Shown here in pieces: positions 27,411 to 36,562 of a stretch of 64,000 nt of DNA. Made by a program: the position numbers and the translations under genes. This stretch comes from a virus. The notes below the pieces were generated by a model. That model ran no database searches. It had not been told where the DNA came from and saw only the letters and a list, made by a program, of their open reading frames with translations. The stretch lies in IMG/VR virus record IMGVR_UViG_3300032893_000013, positions 44,070-108,069 of that record; one strand, written 5' to 3'. Within the stretch, counting starts at the first letter, position 1. Each line of letters starts with the position of its first letter.

Positions 27411-27621
27411 GAAAGAAGAAGTCAAATCTCGTGTCTTGAGTGAGCCGGACTTCATCAACTCCAAGAAGTACCGCTACAGCCTAGACCGATACCTCAAGAA
27501 CAATCCTACGTCGCCGGACAACATCATCGCACACCTTTTGTGCATGAGCGAAGAAGATGTGAAAAAAGTATTCGAGGGTGCCGTCGTAAAGATTAGACAG
27601 TTCATGAAGGTTGAGGTATAG
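27400..27621 (+). CDS. Stand-alone sigma region-4-like HTH protein
   Basis: DNIIAHLLCMSEEDVKKVFEGAVVKIRQ resembles sigma4.2 consensus EEIA..LG.S.E.V.QI...AL.KLR. Confidence 0.55.
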   Translation: MSVEKEEVKSRVLSEPDFINSKKYRYSLDRYLKNNPTSPDNIIAHLLCMSEEDVKKVFEGAVVKIRQFMKVEV

Positions 27622-27629
27622 TCGAACGC

Positions 27630-30600
27630 ATGTGTACTGACAGACAAATAGTAGGCCCTCACAATCATCCGCTTTCTCTCGACTCTGGAAACTCAGTCAA
27701 ACAATTCATTCGTGCTGCCGCAAAAGACTTCGGTCGTAGTGCAATTGCCATCACAGATCACGGCACTCTCGGTGCCATCATCGAAGCGCACGACTACACC
27801 AAAGAACTCAAGAAAAAAGAAAATCTCGACATCAAGATCATTCCCGGCGTTGAACTCTATCTCCTGCCAGGATCTGACGATGATTCAGGCGAGTCGTATT
27901 ACCACGTCACGGTACACTTCAATGATTTCGATTCTTACCTCGATGCCTGCAAGCTGTCTAAACCCAGCTTTGAGCGTGCCATTTGGAAAGGTGCGGAATT
28001 CAAGCCGTTGACCACTTGGGAAGAACTTGAAACCTTATCTGGCAAAGTCACACTGTTCTCATCATGCCTTGTAGGTGCGGTACTCAGACCGTGGCTTAAA
28101 AATCGGAAAGACATAAGTGAAAGAAATTTCGTCCGCCTCATGCGAATCGCCGGAGCCGGTCGGTACTTTGGCGAAATCTTCCCCTATGAAGTGAGCAAAA
28201 ACTGGAATTCGCAAAAGAAAATTTTCGAGCAAATCGCACCAAGCGAATGCTCCGCGACTGGCCAGCTTCAGGTTGACGCAAACCGATGGATCATCCATTT
28301 ATGCCAGAAGTACAACATACCGATGGTTATATCGGAAGATGCCCATTATGCCCACGAGGAAGACAAGTTCATTCAGGACGCCCGCCTAAACAAAGACGGA
28401 AAATCGACCTGGAAAATGTCCGACGCAAACTGCCTGCACAATAGCGAATGGCTTTACAAGGAACTAAAGCGCATTCATCCAGAATTCATGAACGAAAAAG
28501 TCTTCAATGAAATGGTGGACAACTCGTACAGGTTCCTGGAGAATTTCAAAGGATTCGATCCAAAGTTCAAGCCAGCACTTCCAAAAGTGTTCGTTGAACG
28601 GCTTAATTCACAAGGGCAGATCGTAAAAGAAGAGCCGAAGAGCGACGATGAATTGACTCAATGGGTTCTAGGTCTTGTCGTTAAAAAAGGCCGCATCAAT
28701 CTGGCCGATCCCATCTATGCTGCGCGCTTAAACAAAGAAATTCATCAGTTGGCCTACAACGGCAAAGTGAACATCCTTCCTTACATGCTGACTTTGAATA
28801 CGATTGTCGATTTCTGCGAAGCCAACGATATTCTCATTGGTCCTGGTCGTGGATCTGCTGCCGGATGTCTCTTGGCATACGCTCTGGGCATTACTTCTGT
28901 CGATCCAATCAAAGAAGACCTTAGTTTTGAGCGTTTCTTCGATGTTACCCGCGTGGAAGAGGGTTTGGCCGACATAGACACGGATTTCAGCGACCGAGAA
29001 GCTGTCGTGGCGTTCATCAAGCAGCATTGGGGAGATAATTTTGCGTTTTTAGGAATCGGCACTACTTTCAAGACAAAATCTGCTCTCAAAGACATTGACC
29101 GCTTCATAAATGGTGAAGTTCGCAAAGAAACCGAAGACGTTTGCAAAACAATCGGCCTTACTCCTCAAGGAGTCGAGGAAGAGAAGTTTTTGAACGGATA
29201 CAACGACGCAGATGGCGTTTACCACGAGGGCGAACTCGAACGCAACGAAAAATTGCGCGCATTTCTCGAAGTCAATCCTCAGATCAAAGAAAATATGTTC
29301 AAAATGGTCGGAATCGTGCGTCAAATGGGCCGTCACGCTGCCGGAGTGCTGATTGCTGACCGTCCAGTCCATAGTTTCATCCCGATCATGAAAATTAGTG
29401 ACGAACCCACCACTCAATTGCTGCCCAAATGGGTAGAAAAATGCGGCGGCGTCAAATACGACATTCTCGGCGTGAGTACGCTCAACGACATTCGCCTTTG
29501 CCTCAAATTCATCAAGCAACGCACCGGAAAAGTCATTGATCCGTGGAAAATTGAAGATTCTCAAGACTTTTGGGAAGCCTGTGCCAATGAACCATCGACG
29601 GTTTTCCAACTTCATACGGATACCGTGCGCCCTGGCCTTCAAACTATGCGCCCTAAGAGCGTTCAGCAGGCCGCAATCTTGACTTCCGTTTACAGACCTG
29701 GCGCTATGGATGCCCCTTCGGACGAAGATCCGACAAAAATGATGTCAACGATCTTTTTGGAGCGTTGGACAGGCCAAAGGCCGGTAAATTACGTCCATCC
29801 AGAGCTTGAGCCGATTCTTAGCCCGACAAAAGGCATCATCGTCTATCAGGAACAGATCATGCGCATTGTTCATGAACTTGGCGGCCTCACGATGCCAGAA
29901 ACAAACAAGTTGCGGAAGGCAATTTCCAAAAAAGCCGGTGACGATCTACTCAACATGCTTGCCCGCGTGAAGGAAAACCTTACAAAACGTGGATGGACCG
30001 AAAAACAGGCCCAAACTACTGTCGATCAGATGAAGGCGTCCGGTCGATACTGCTTCAACAAGTCTCATGCCGTGTCTTACTGCTATATCGCACGCGCTTG
30101 CGCCTACCTGAAGTACCATTATCCTATGGAATGGTGGACAGCCGTCCTCAGTAATGCCAGCAAAGACGATCTACAGGCATATTGGCAACGTGTTTCCAAG
30201 TTGACGCTTCCTCCAGACATCAACAACTCAACGGAACTCTTCCAAATTGTCCAAAGAGACGGTTCAGAGCGAATTTTGTCGCCCTTGACGCTAATCGAAG
30301 GTGTCGGAGCCGCCGTAATGACTGAAATTTTACGCGCACGACCATTCAATTCACTCGAAGATATGATGACAAAGGTCAGTCGGCGCATCGTAAACAAGGG
30401 ACCGATGATAAAACTCATCATCAGCGGCACTTTGGACGCATTTTTCCCCGCCGAAGCCAAAGATTACGAGAAAATTCAGATATATCTGAACAAAAAAGCT
30501 GAACTAGAGGGCAAAGGATCGCCAGAATCAGTGCCGATGGAGTACATCGAAACCACTCCTTTGAAAAATTTCCTCCTCAAGAAGAGCGTTTTCAAGGTTT

Positions 30601-31109
30601 ACTCAGACAATGTGAAAAATTTAGCCATGCCCAAGCTGTCCGCTCAAGGAAAGGCGACACAAGTTGGCGCTTCAGGCGTGTTCATGTACAACTCGAATCC
30701 GCGCCGCTCCATCGTCTCTGTAAAAATGTTAGAAAAGTTGATCGACAGCACTGAAGTTTGCAAGATCGCCGTCATAGGATATGTTGTTGACACCGAAACC
30801 AAGTTGTTTCATAATAACACCAAGTCTCGCCTGATTGCCTCTATTGAAGTTGAGAACAAAGTTTTTGATTTCATCAAGTGGCCCGATTGGGGATCATCCC
30901 ATCACGGAGTAGATCAAGACATTACCGAAAGCGTTTGCGTGTTTTTATTGTCGCGCAGACGGCCAGGAGATGATCTTTTCATTGATGGAATAGACGTTTT
31001 AGAAAACCTCGACTTCTTAAAGGAGAAGACAGATGGAAGTACCGACACTGGCAAGCCTAAAGGCAGAGCTAAAGCAGCTAAAAGAACTTCTGGCGATAAA
31101 TCTACATAA
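27630..31109 (+). CDS. dnaE: DNA polymerase III alpha subunit with PHP domain
   Basis: HNH..S.D, TDHG, DAHY, GPGRGSAAG, DIDTDF, RHAAG, KYDILG, YQEQIM and FNKSHA. Confidence 0.96.
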   Translation: MCTDRQIVGPHNHPLSLDSGNSVKQFIRAAAKDFGRSAIAITDHGTLGAIIEAHDYTKELKKKENLDIKIIPGVELYLLPGSDDDSGESYYHVTVHFNDFDSYLDACKLSKPSFERAIWKGAEFKPLTTWEELETLSGKVTLFSSCLVGAVLRPWLKNRKDISERNFVRLMRIAGAGRYFGEIFPYEVSKNWNSQKKIFEQIAPSECSATGQLQVDANRWIIHLCQKYNIPMVISEDAHYAHEEDKFIQDARLNKDGKSTWKMSDANCLHNSEWLYKELKRIHPEFMNEKVFNEMVDNSYRFLENFKGFDPKFKPALPKVFVERLNSQGQIVKEEPKSDDELTQWVLGLVVKKGRINLADPIYAARLNKEIHQLAYNGKVNILPYMLTLNTIVDFCEANDILIGPGRGSAAGCLLAYALGITSVDPIKEDLSFERFFDVTRVEEGLADIDTDFSDREAVVAFIKQHWGDNFAFLGIGTTFKTKSALKDIDRFINGEVRKETEDVCKTIGLTPQGVEEEKFLNGYNDADGVYHEGELERNEKLRAFLEVNPQIKENMFKMVGIVRQMGRHAAGVLIADRPVHSFIPIMKISDEPTTQLLPKWVEKCGGVKYDILGVSTLNDIRLCLKFIKQRTGKVIDPWKIEDSQDFWEACANEPSTVFQLHTDTVRPGLQTMRPKSVQQAAILTSVYRPGAMDAPSDEDPTKMMSTIFLERWTGQRPVNYVHPELEPILSPTKGIIVYQEQIMRIVHELGGLTMPETNKLRKAISKKAGDDLLNMLARVKENLTKRGWTEKQAQTTVDQMKASGRYCFNKSHAVSYCYIARACAYLKYHYPMEWWTAVLSNASKDDLQAYWQRVSKLTLPPDINNSTELFQIVQRDGSERILSPLTLIEGVGAAVMTEILRARPFNSLEDMMTKVSRRIVNKGPMIKLIISGTLDAFFPAEAKDYEKIQIYLNKKAELEGKGSPESVPMEYIETTPLKNFLLKKSVFKVYSDNVKNLAMPKLSAQGKATQVGASGVFMYNSNPRRSIVSVKMLEKLIDSTEVCKIAVIGYVVDTETKLFHNNTKSRLIASIEVENKVFDFIKWPDWGSSHHGVDQDITESVCVFLLSRRRPGDDLFIDGIDVLENLDFLKEKTDGSTDTGKPKGRAKAAKRTSGDKST

Positions 31110-31953
31110 CTGGGACATTCGCACCAAGGCCGGAATGCAAGGCCGACAGAACGCTGCCAAGATTCGCGTTGAAGAAATCGAATCTTCTTTAGGCTATTAC
31201 ATCCTGAAAAATTCAGCCGTTGTTCTCTTGATGAGAGATTACGCCGAATCCGGAACTGTGATCGAAAGTGCCAAGAAGAATCCATCAGCCAACATCGTCC
31301 TCGATGCGCTCATGATCGAGAAAAAGATGTTCCAACAGGTTTTCGGCAATCAACGAACCCAAGTCTACACCTACAACTCTGATGTAGTGAACCGCATGAA
31401 CATTCTGATGTCTGAAATCGGAATGAAGATTGAAGCCCTGTCTCTGCCGATCATTATGGCCGAAGCAAAATACTTCGGAACGACCAAATCACGCGAGGAG
31501 ATGATCCTTCGCATGGAGCGCGTTTTGTACGAAACGTACCACGACGAATTGAAACTCCATTTCTTCCGCTCACTCATCATGGATGAAATTGCCACTCGTT
31601 TTGACCGAGATGCAGTGAACATCGTGATCGCCAACGTGAATCCGAACATGGTGCGCGCATTCAGTTCGTACTCTGACAACACGCAAATCATGTCCAACGA
31701 TGGAATTGTTTCAAAAGGGAAACGTTCACCCGCTCCTGCTCCTGTTGAAAAAACTACAGAGCCAGAAGCACCCGCTCAAACGGCACCACAAGTCACCGGA
31801 CCAGTATTGAATCGACTTTCCGTTGAAGGAAATACTTCTCCAGTCGTGAAGAAACCTTACACGGGTGCAAAGCGCGGAAGAAAGACGAACGAAGAGCGCG
31901 CTGCCCGAGCCGCTGCTGAAACAAAAAAAGATTCGGGATTGACAGAACAATAG
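31033..31953 (+). CDS. Hypothetical protein
   Basis: SD AAGGAG; 306 aa. Confidence 0.6.
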   Translation: MEVPTLASLKAELKQLKELLAINLHNWDIRTKAGMQGRQNAAKIRVEEIESSLGYYILKNSAVVLLMRDYAESGTVIESAKKNPSANIVLDALMIEKKMFQQVFGNQRTQVYTYNSDVVNRMNILMSEIGMKIEALSLPIIMAEAKYFGTTKSREEMILRMERVLYETYHDELKLHFFRSLIMDEIATRFDRDAVNIVIANVNPNMVRAFSSYSDNTQIMSNDGIVSKGKRSPAPAPVEKTTEPEAPAQTAPQVTGPVLNRLSVEGNTSPVVKKPYTGAKRGRKTNEERAARAAAETKKDSGLTEQ

Positions 31954-31967
31954 TTCTGTATTATTTT
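31939..31967 (+). promoter_or_regulatory. Sigma70-like promoter with overlapping palindromic operator
   Basis: TTGACA-N17-TATTTT; ACAGAAC-AATA-GTTCTGT at 31942-31959. Confidence 0.55.
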
Positions 31968-32015
31968 GAGATAGTCATTAACCACAGGCTTTTATGCCAC
32001 TGAAAGGAAGAACTT

Positions 32016-33104
32016 ATGTCAGGAACTGGAACATACAATCCGCGAGCACTTGATGGATTTCCAAAAAAGAATCGTTTCTACCTCAAAGACGGTAGCAACA
32101 TCTTTCGCGTTTTGCCGCCCTTCGGCTCTTTGAAAAACGACGGGATCGTTGCAAAATACTGGGCAGTCTATTGGCTTCCCACTACAAAAAAGAATCGCAA
32201 AGGTGAAGACATCTCCTTTCCGGTCCCTTCCATGCTTGAGATGACGAAAGACAAAAAGATCATCACTCCCGATCCTATCTACGACAAAGTTCAGAATCTC
32301 ACCAAGAGTCTGGAAGCTATGAAAGCCGGGAAGCAACATCCTGAAGCCGTCATCACCGCTCTCGAAGAGCGTTTGAAAAAGCTCCAACTCGACAAAGCGT
32401 ACTACCTCAATGTGATCTCGCCCGCAGGTGAGATTGGCTCTCTGAAACTTCGCTACACCGCTTTCCAAGCTCTCAAGGAAAAACTGCGCGATCTTGAGAA
32501 ACTCAGCATTGATCCGATCAACATTGGTGTCGGCGTCTACTTTGACTTCAAAAAAGGCAAAGATGACAAAGGCAAAACGGTGTACACCGTCGATATTCAC
32601 CAAAAAACCTCCCGTGATCCCCAAACTGGCGGCTTCAAAACTGAGATCGTTGAAGCTCGAATCGACAATTCGATCCTTGACCGCATGGAAAAGGAAGCGT
32701 TTGACCTTGCCACTCTCTACAAGCGTTTGACGGTAGAAGAGCAAGCAATGGCCGCAAGTCTCGATCCGGTTGTCATTGAGCGCCTCTTTGCGCGCCCGGA
32801 AGATAGCGAACAAGAGCAAGTCTATGTGGATGAAGAAGAGCAAGAGCTTAAAGCCAACGCTCCGGCAGCTACAACTGCCGCACCCGTTCAGACAGCCGCC
32901 GCAGTCCAACAAACTGCCACGACTCCTGCACCGGCTCCAGCCGCTACGACACAAGCTCCGGCAGCAACTCCTGCGCCTCAAGCTCAGGCTCCCGCTGCCC
33001 CTGTTGGCGGTCCCGCTCCGAACGCTGCCGTGAATGCCGGTAGCGCCGATTTCAACGACTACGTGAAGAAGTTCCTCCAAACTGGCGGCCAGCCACAAGG
33101 CTAA
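32016..33104 (+). CDS. Single-stranded DNA-binding protein (gp32-like)
   Basis: FYLKDGSNIFRVLPP, YYLNV and G..FDF.K.K motifs; disordered tail; upstream of recA. Confidence 0.7.
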   Translation: MSGTGTYNPRALDGFPKKNRFYLKDGSNIFRVLPPFGSLKNDGIVAKYWAVYWLPTTKKNRKGEDISFPVPSMLEMTKDKKIITPDPIYDKVQNLTKSLEAMKAGKQHPEAVITALEERLKKLQLDKAYYLNVISPAGEIGSLKLRYTAFQALKEKLRDLEKLSIDPINIGVGVYFDFKKGKDDKGKTVYTVDIHQKTSRDPQTGGFKTEIVEARIDNSILDRMEKEAFDLATLYKRLTVEEQAMAASLDPVVIERLFARPEDSEQEQVYVDEEEQELKANAPAATTAAPVQTAAAVQQTATTPAPAPAATTQAPAATPAPQAQAPAAPVGGPAPNAAVNAGSADFNDYVKKFLQTGGQPQG

Positions 33105-33107
33105 GAA

Positions 33108-33641
33108 GTGTCCGACATCATTCAAAATAATCTTGGATTGACAGAAAACAGCCTCATCATCCCTCGCGGGAAGGTGGGGCTTGATCCGATGAAAATTGAA
33201 TTGAAAGATATTCATGACATCGAAGCGCGCATTCCGGAAATCCAACGATCTACTCCCATTACGCTCCCCGATCTTGTGACTCAGTTCACCCTTGGCATCC
33301 TTAAAATGTCCAAAATTTTAGCCATGGTTGAGCTTGAAGTGAGAGATGCCAAAAGAACTCTTGAGCGTGCGAGAGCAGTGGCTCTTCTCGAACGTGCAGA
33401 ATTTACATTAGCCCAAAAGAAAGTGAAGTCCTCTACGGACACCCGAGAGGCCGCTTTGGCTCTCGATCCTGACGTTCAGACCGCCAATGACCGTCTTGAT
33501 TGTCTGATCGCAATTCAGACCTTTCTCAATGGCAAAAACAACGCTCTTGAGATGGCCTATCACGGCGCCAAGAAAATTTGCGATGTCTTCATTAAAACTC
33601 CATCTTCGCCTCTCTATGCTGGCGAAAAATTTCAGGAATAA
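33108..33641 (+). CDS. UvsY-like recombination mediator (putative)
   Basis: Helical hairpin, REA...DPD motif; between SSB and RecA. Confidence 0.5.
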   Translation: MSDIIQNNLGLTENSLIIPRGKVGLDPMKIELKDIHDIEARIPEIQRSTPITLPDLVTQFTLGILKMSKILAMVELEVRDAKRTLERARAVALLERAEFTLAQKKVKSSTDTREAALALDPDVQTANDRLDCLIAIQTFLNGKNNALEMAYHGAKKICDVFIKTPSSPLYAGEKFQE

Positions 33642-33644
33642 CCT

Positions 33645-34763
33645 ATGGCAAAAAAGGAAGAAAAAATGAACAATCTCGAACCATCCCCATTTTCAGGCGA
33701 AGGCAAGGCAAAACTTAAAGCTGAAGCTACAGTCGAAACTCCGAAAAAGAAAGACTGGCTGTCGATGCTCCAGAAGGATGCAGACAAGCTGGTGATTGGA
33801 AGCCGCGATCCTTGGACCGCTCACTTCCCAAGCCCCGGCCTGAACTATTTGTTCGGTAAGGAACAGGGAATGAGAGCCGGATATTCACTCCTCCTCTATG
33901 GCCCTCCCAAATCTGGCAAATCACTCCTGGCTTTTGCCGCTGCTGGTCAACTTCACAAAGAAGATCCGGAAGCCATCGTCCTGCACTTCGACACCGAATA
34001 CCGCGACAACGTGGACACTTGGGTAGAAGTTTTCGGAATCGACAAAAAGCGTTGGCGTTCATTCCAGACGAACAATCCGGTGGACATCTTCGATTACATC
34101 GCCACGACCGTAAAAGCGATGCTCCAAGAGGGTGCTCCGATCAAAATGATTATCATTGACTCTCTGGCGATGATTAACTATCCCAAAGAAGCCAACAAGA
34201 AACAGAGTACAAACTTCGTCATCGGCGACGCCGGAGCATATCTGAGCGGTGCGATGAAAATGATTATCCCCGTCATGCGATCTTTCAAAGTTGCCATGAT
34301 CTTTTGTCAACACGTCCGTCAAAACATGGACCCCGATACAAAAGACTGGCGCGAGTGGATCATCCCTGGAGGCATGGCGCTGAAGCACTCCATTGAATAT
34401 TGGATGATCGCTCAGAAGATTGAGTCTAAGAAAACCAAACAATTTGACAGCGACCGCAAAGACGGATCTGGAAACTTGATCCAAACCGGCCACGCCATCC
34501 GCGTCAAGATGGAAGAAAACTCACTTGGCCCTCAAAACCGTGCAGTCGAGATTGACCTGTCCTACACTAGAGGACTCATCAATCAGACTACCGAGATTGC
34601 GCAGCTTGCCGTCAACATGGGTATCGTTGAAATCAACGGATCTTGGGTGACCTTCAATGGTCAAAAATGGCAGGGAGTGGAAAACTTCGGACTCTTCCTT
34701 GAAGGCGATGAAGAGTTGCAGCGCACTTTGATGCGACGAATTAAGGAAAATGATCTGACATAG
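33645..34763 (+). CDS. recA: RecA/UvsX recombinase
   Basis: GPPKSGKS, FDTE, IIDSL and PGG.ALKH. Confidence 0.9.
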   Translation: MAKKEEKMNNLEPSPFSGEGKAKLKAEATVETPKKKDWLSMLQKDADKLVIGSRDPWTAHFPSPGLNYLFGKEQGMRAGYSLLLYGPPKSGKSLLAFAAAGQLHKEDPEAIVLHFDTEYRDNVDTWVEVFGIDKKRWRSFQTNNPVDIFDYIATTVKAMLQEGAPIKMIIIDSLAMINYPKEANKKQSTNFVIGDAGAYLSGAMKMIIPVMRSFKVAMIFCQHVRQNMDPDTKDWREWIIPGGMALKHSIEYWMIAQKIESKKTKQFDSDRKDGSGNLIQTGHAIRVKMEENSLGPQNRAVEIDLSYTRGLINQTTEIAQLAVNMGIVEINGSWVTFNGQKWQGVENFGLFLEGDEELQRTLMRRIKENDLT

Positions 34764-34853
34764 GGGTGAGCGCCCTTCACGAACGGCTTTCCTGGTGCAA
34801 GCCCAGGTGTGTGGGAGTAGCTACCTGCTGAACCGTAAACGGCCTTCTATGTT
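34762..34853 (+). ncRNA. Candidate structured RNA element
   Basis: Hairpins GGGT/GCCC, CCTGG/CCAGG and GTGGG/CCTGC; ACGG/CCGT can close a junction around the last two. Confidence 0.35.
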
Positions 34854-34855
34854 CA

Positions 34856-34891
34856 CGCCCTAGAGTTAGCTTCTCTAGGGCGTTGTTGTAT
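34856..34891 (+). terminator. Intrinsic terminator-like hairpin
   Basis: CGCCCTAGAG-N7-CTCTAGGGCG followed by TTGTTGTAT. Confidence 0.6.
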
Positions 34892-34899
34892 GGTGACTG

Positions 34900-35895
34900 A
34901 TGGAAGAAAAAATAGCGGCGTTTCTGCGAAACCACAAGATAAATCCCAAGGCTCAAAACGCCCGTAGTTACATCTTTGACTGCCCAGCCTGTGGCGGCGA
35001 CAAAAAGCTCTACATTTCCAAGAAAGACGGCTTGTCAGTCTGCTTCAAGGGGAAGACCGACAAATGTCCGCGTCCCGGCAGTTCTGCCCAATACGCTCTT
35101 TCACTCATAAGCGGATTGCCGTTTGATGTAGTGAAACGTGAGATAGTCGATTTCGTTGAAAATCTTGCAGAACAGATTCGTGTAAAATTTGACAATGACG
35201 AAGTGAAGCAGGAAGAGGTGAAACTGCCCACTGTCATGTTGCCAATAGACATAGCTTTCATGGGCGAGCACGCGGCTGAAGAGGGGCAAAAATATCTCGA
35301 AGGTCGGGGATTGCCACTTGAAGTTCAGCAGAAGTACGGCGTTCTATATTCACCCTCCATGCGTCGCGTTATTTTCCCCGTCATCATGGACAAAAAACTC
35401 TACGGTTGGCAAGGTCGGGCAATCGACAATGTGCGCCATGAAGATCGCATGTACAATATTCCCGGTCCATGGAAAGCGCGCACTCTGATGTTCTATGAAA
35501 ACATCGTCGGAAAAGATTTCGTGATCGTCGCTGAAGGTCCAGTTTCAGCAATGAAGTTTTACAAAGTCGGCAATTTCGTAGCAACTATGGGTAAAGAAAT
35601 CAGCACCAGACAACTCGAACTCATGCGCAACGCTGGAGTGAAAAAAATCTATCTCGCAATAGATCCCGACGCCGTTGACAAGCTCAATAAGATCCGATAC
35701 ATTTTGGATAACGAACTTCTCGGTCGCATCGAGTGTTTTCACATCCCGGTTCCTGAAAATCGCGGTGACTTCGGAGATTGTACGTTTGAAGAATGCGAAG
35801 TCGCTTTTCAAAGAGCTTCTAAACTAGACGGAGATCAAATCTTCTCTCACATCGAATTCAAAATGAGCAAGTATGGCAGCAAAAAGAAAATATAA
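34900..35895 (+). CDS. DNA primase (zinc finger plus TOPRIM)
   Basis: CPAC, YL.GRG, WQGR, AEGP and DPD motifs. Confidence 0.85.
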   Translation: MEEKIAAFLRNHKINPKAQNARSYIFDCPACGGDKKLYISKKDGLSVCFKGKTDKCPRPGSSAQYALSLISGLPFDVVKREIVDFVENLAEQIRVKFDNDEVKQEEVKLPTVMLPIDIAFMGEHAAEEGQKYLEGRGLPLEVQQKYGVLYSPSMRRVIFPVIMDKKLYGWQGRAIDNVRHEDRMYNIPGPWKARTLMFYENIVGKDFVIVAEGPVSAMKFYKVGNFVATMGKEISTRQLELMRNAGVKKIYLAIDPDAVDKLNKIRYILDNELLGRIECFHIPVPENRGDFGDCTFEECEVAFQRASKLDGDQIFSHIEFKMSKYGSKKKI

Positions 35896-36562
35896 AAGCG
35901 ATCCTGTAGGCGTGCAACTGATGCACCTTTCATTCCCCGAAGCTGAAAATCAAACGGCAGTCAAGAAGATTCAGGAGAACAGATCGGCAATCAAAACATC
36001 GGCCAAAAATCTCTTCTACAAGTACAAGGTGACGTTCGATAAAGTGGGAATCAGAATTGAGGACGTTGAATCGTTCCTTTCGTCAAATGCGTATGTGGCC
36101 TTCTCGAAGCCAAAACCTCTCGAAGCCGACTTCTTGCCTGCCTTCCTAAAACAGCGTGGGCTGAAACTGGCCAATAGCTTCAAGAAAATTGCGGCGACTA
36201 TTGTCGAAGACGTGATCCCGCAGGAAGATGTGTACATAGACGATCTGATCGTTGACAATGCCAATCCGGAAGAGATTCTGATGGCCAAAGAAGAAGCCGC
36301 CTTCCGCTCTCGTGAAATTCAAGGCAAGCTGATAATTCGCAGTCGAGAATACGTTCAAAACTTCATAGACAAAAACAGCGTGGCGCTTGTGGCCGCTCGA
36401 ATTTCATCTGAAACTGTGTTTGAAATAGTCAACGGTGCTGCTGTTGAATTTGCAAGTTCTTTGTACAGACAGAATGGAGCGATTAGGTTCTCGGACTTCG
36501 GTCGATTCAAAAAGATTCTGTCAGTAAGAATGAGCCGCTTCGTAAAGGAACTTTCGGCGTAA
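35873..36562 (+). CDS. Hypothetical protein, possibly divergent sigma2-like
   Basis: G.RIEDV...L, FLKQR and NPEEIL..KEE patterns. Confidence 0.35.
   Translation: MAAKRKYKSDPVGVQLMHLSFPEAENQTAVKKIQENRSAIKTSAKNLFYKYKVTFDKVGIRIEDVESFLSSNAYVAFSKPKPLEADFLPAFLKQRGLKLANSFKKIAATIVEDVIPQEDVYIDDLIVDNANPEEILMAKEEAAFRSREIQGKLIIRSREYVQNFIDKNSVALVAARISSETVFEIVNGAAVEFASSLYRQNGAIRFSDFGRFKKILSVRMSRFVKELSA

Noticed and set aside
27630-31109. Inteins or introns in dnaE (also considered for terL, recA and the helicases)
   Set aside because: Lengths and motif spacing are normal; no splice-junction or LAGLIDADG motifs seen
33135-33146. GGATTGACAGAA also present at about 31936
   Set aside because: A single 12-nt match inside a coding region without the palindrome or a good -10 box; likely chance
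32019-33245. 408-aa minus-strand ORF
   Set aside because: Antisense shadow of the SSB gene; implausible composition
34785-34830. tRNA gene
   Set aside because: Only a T-arm-like hairpin; no full cloverleaf, anticodon arm or TTC-containing T loop
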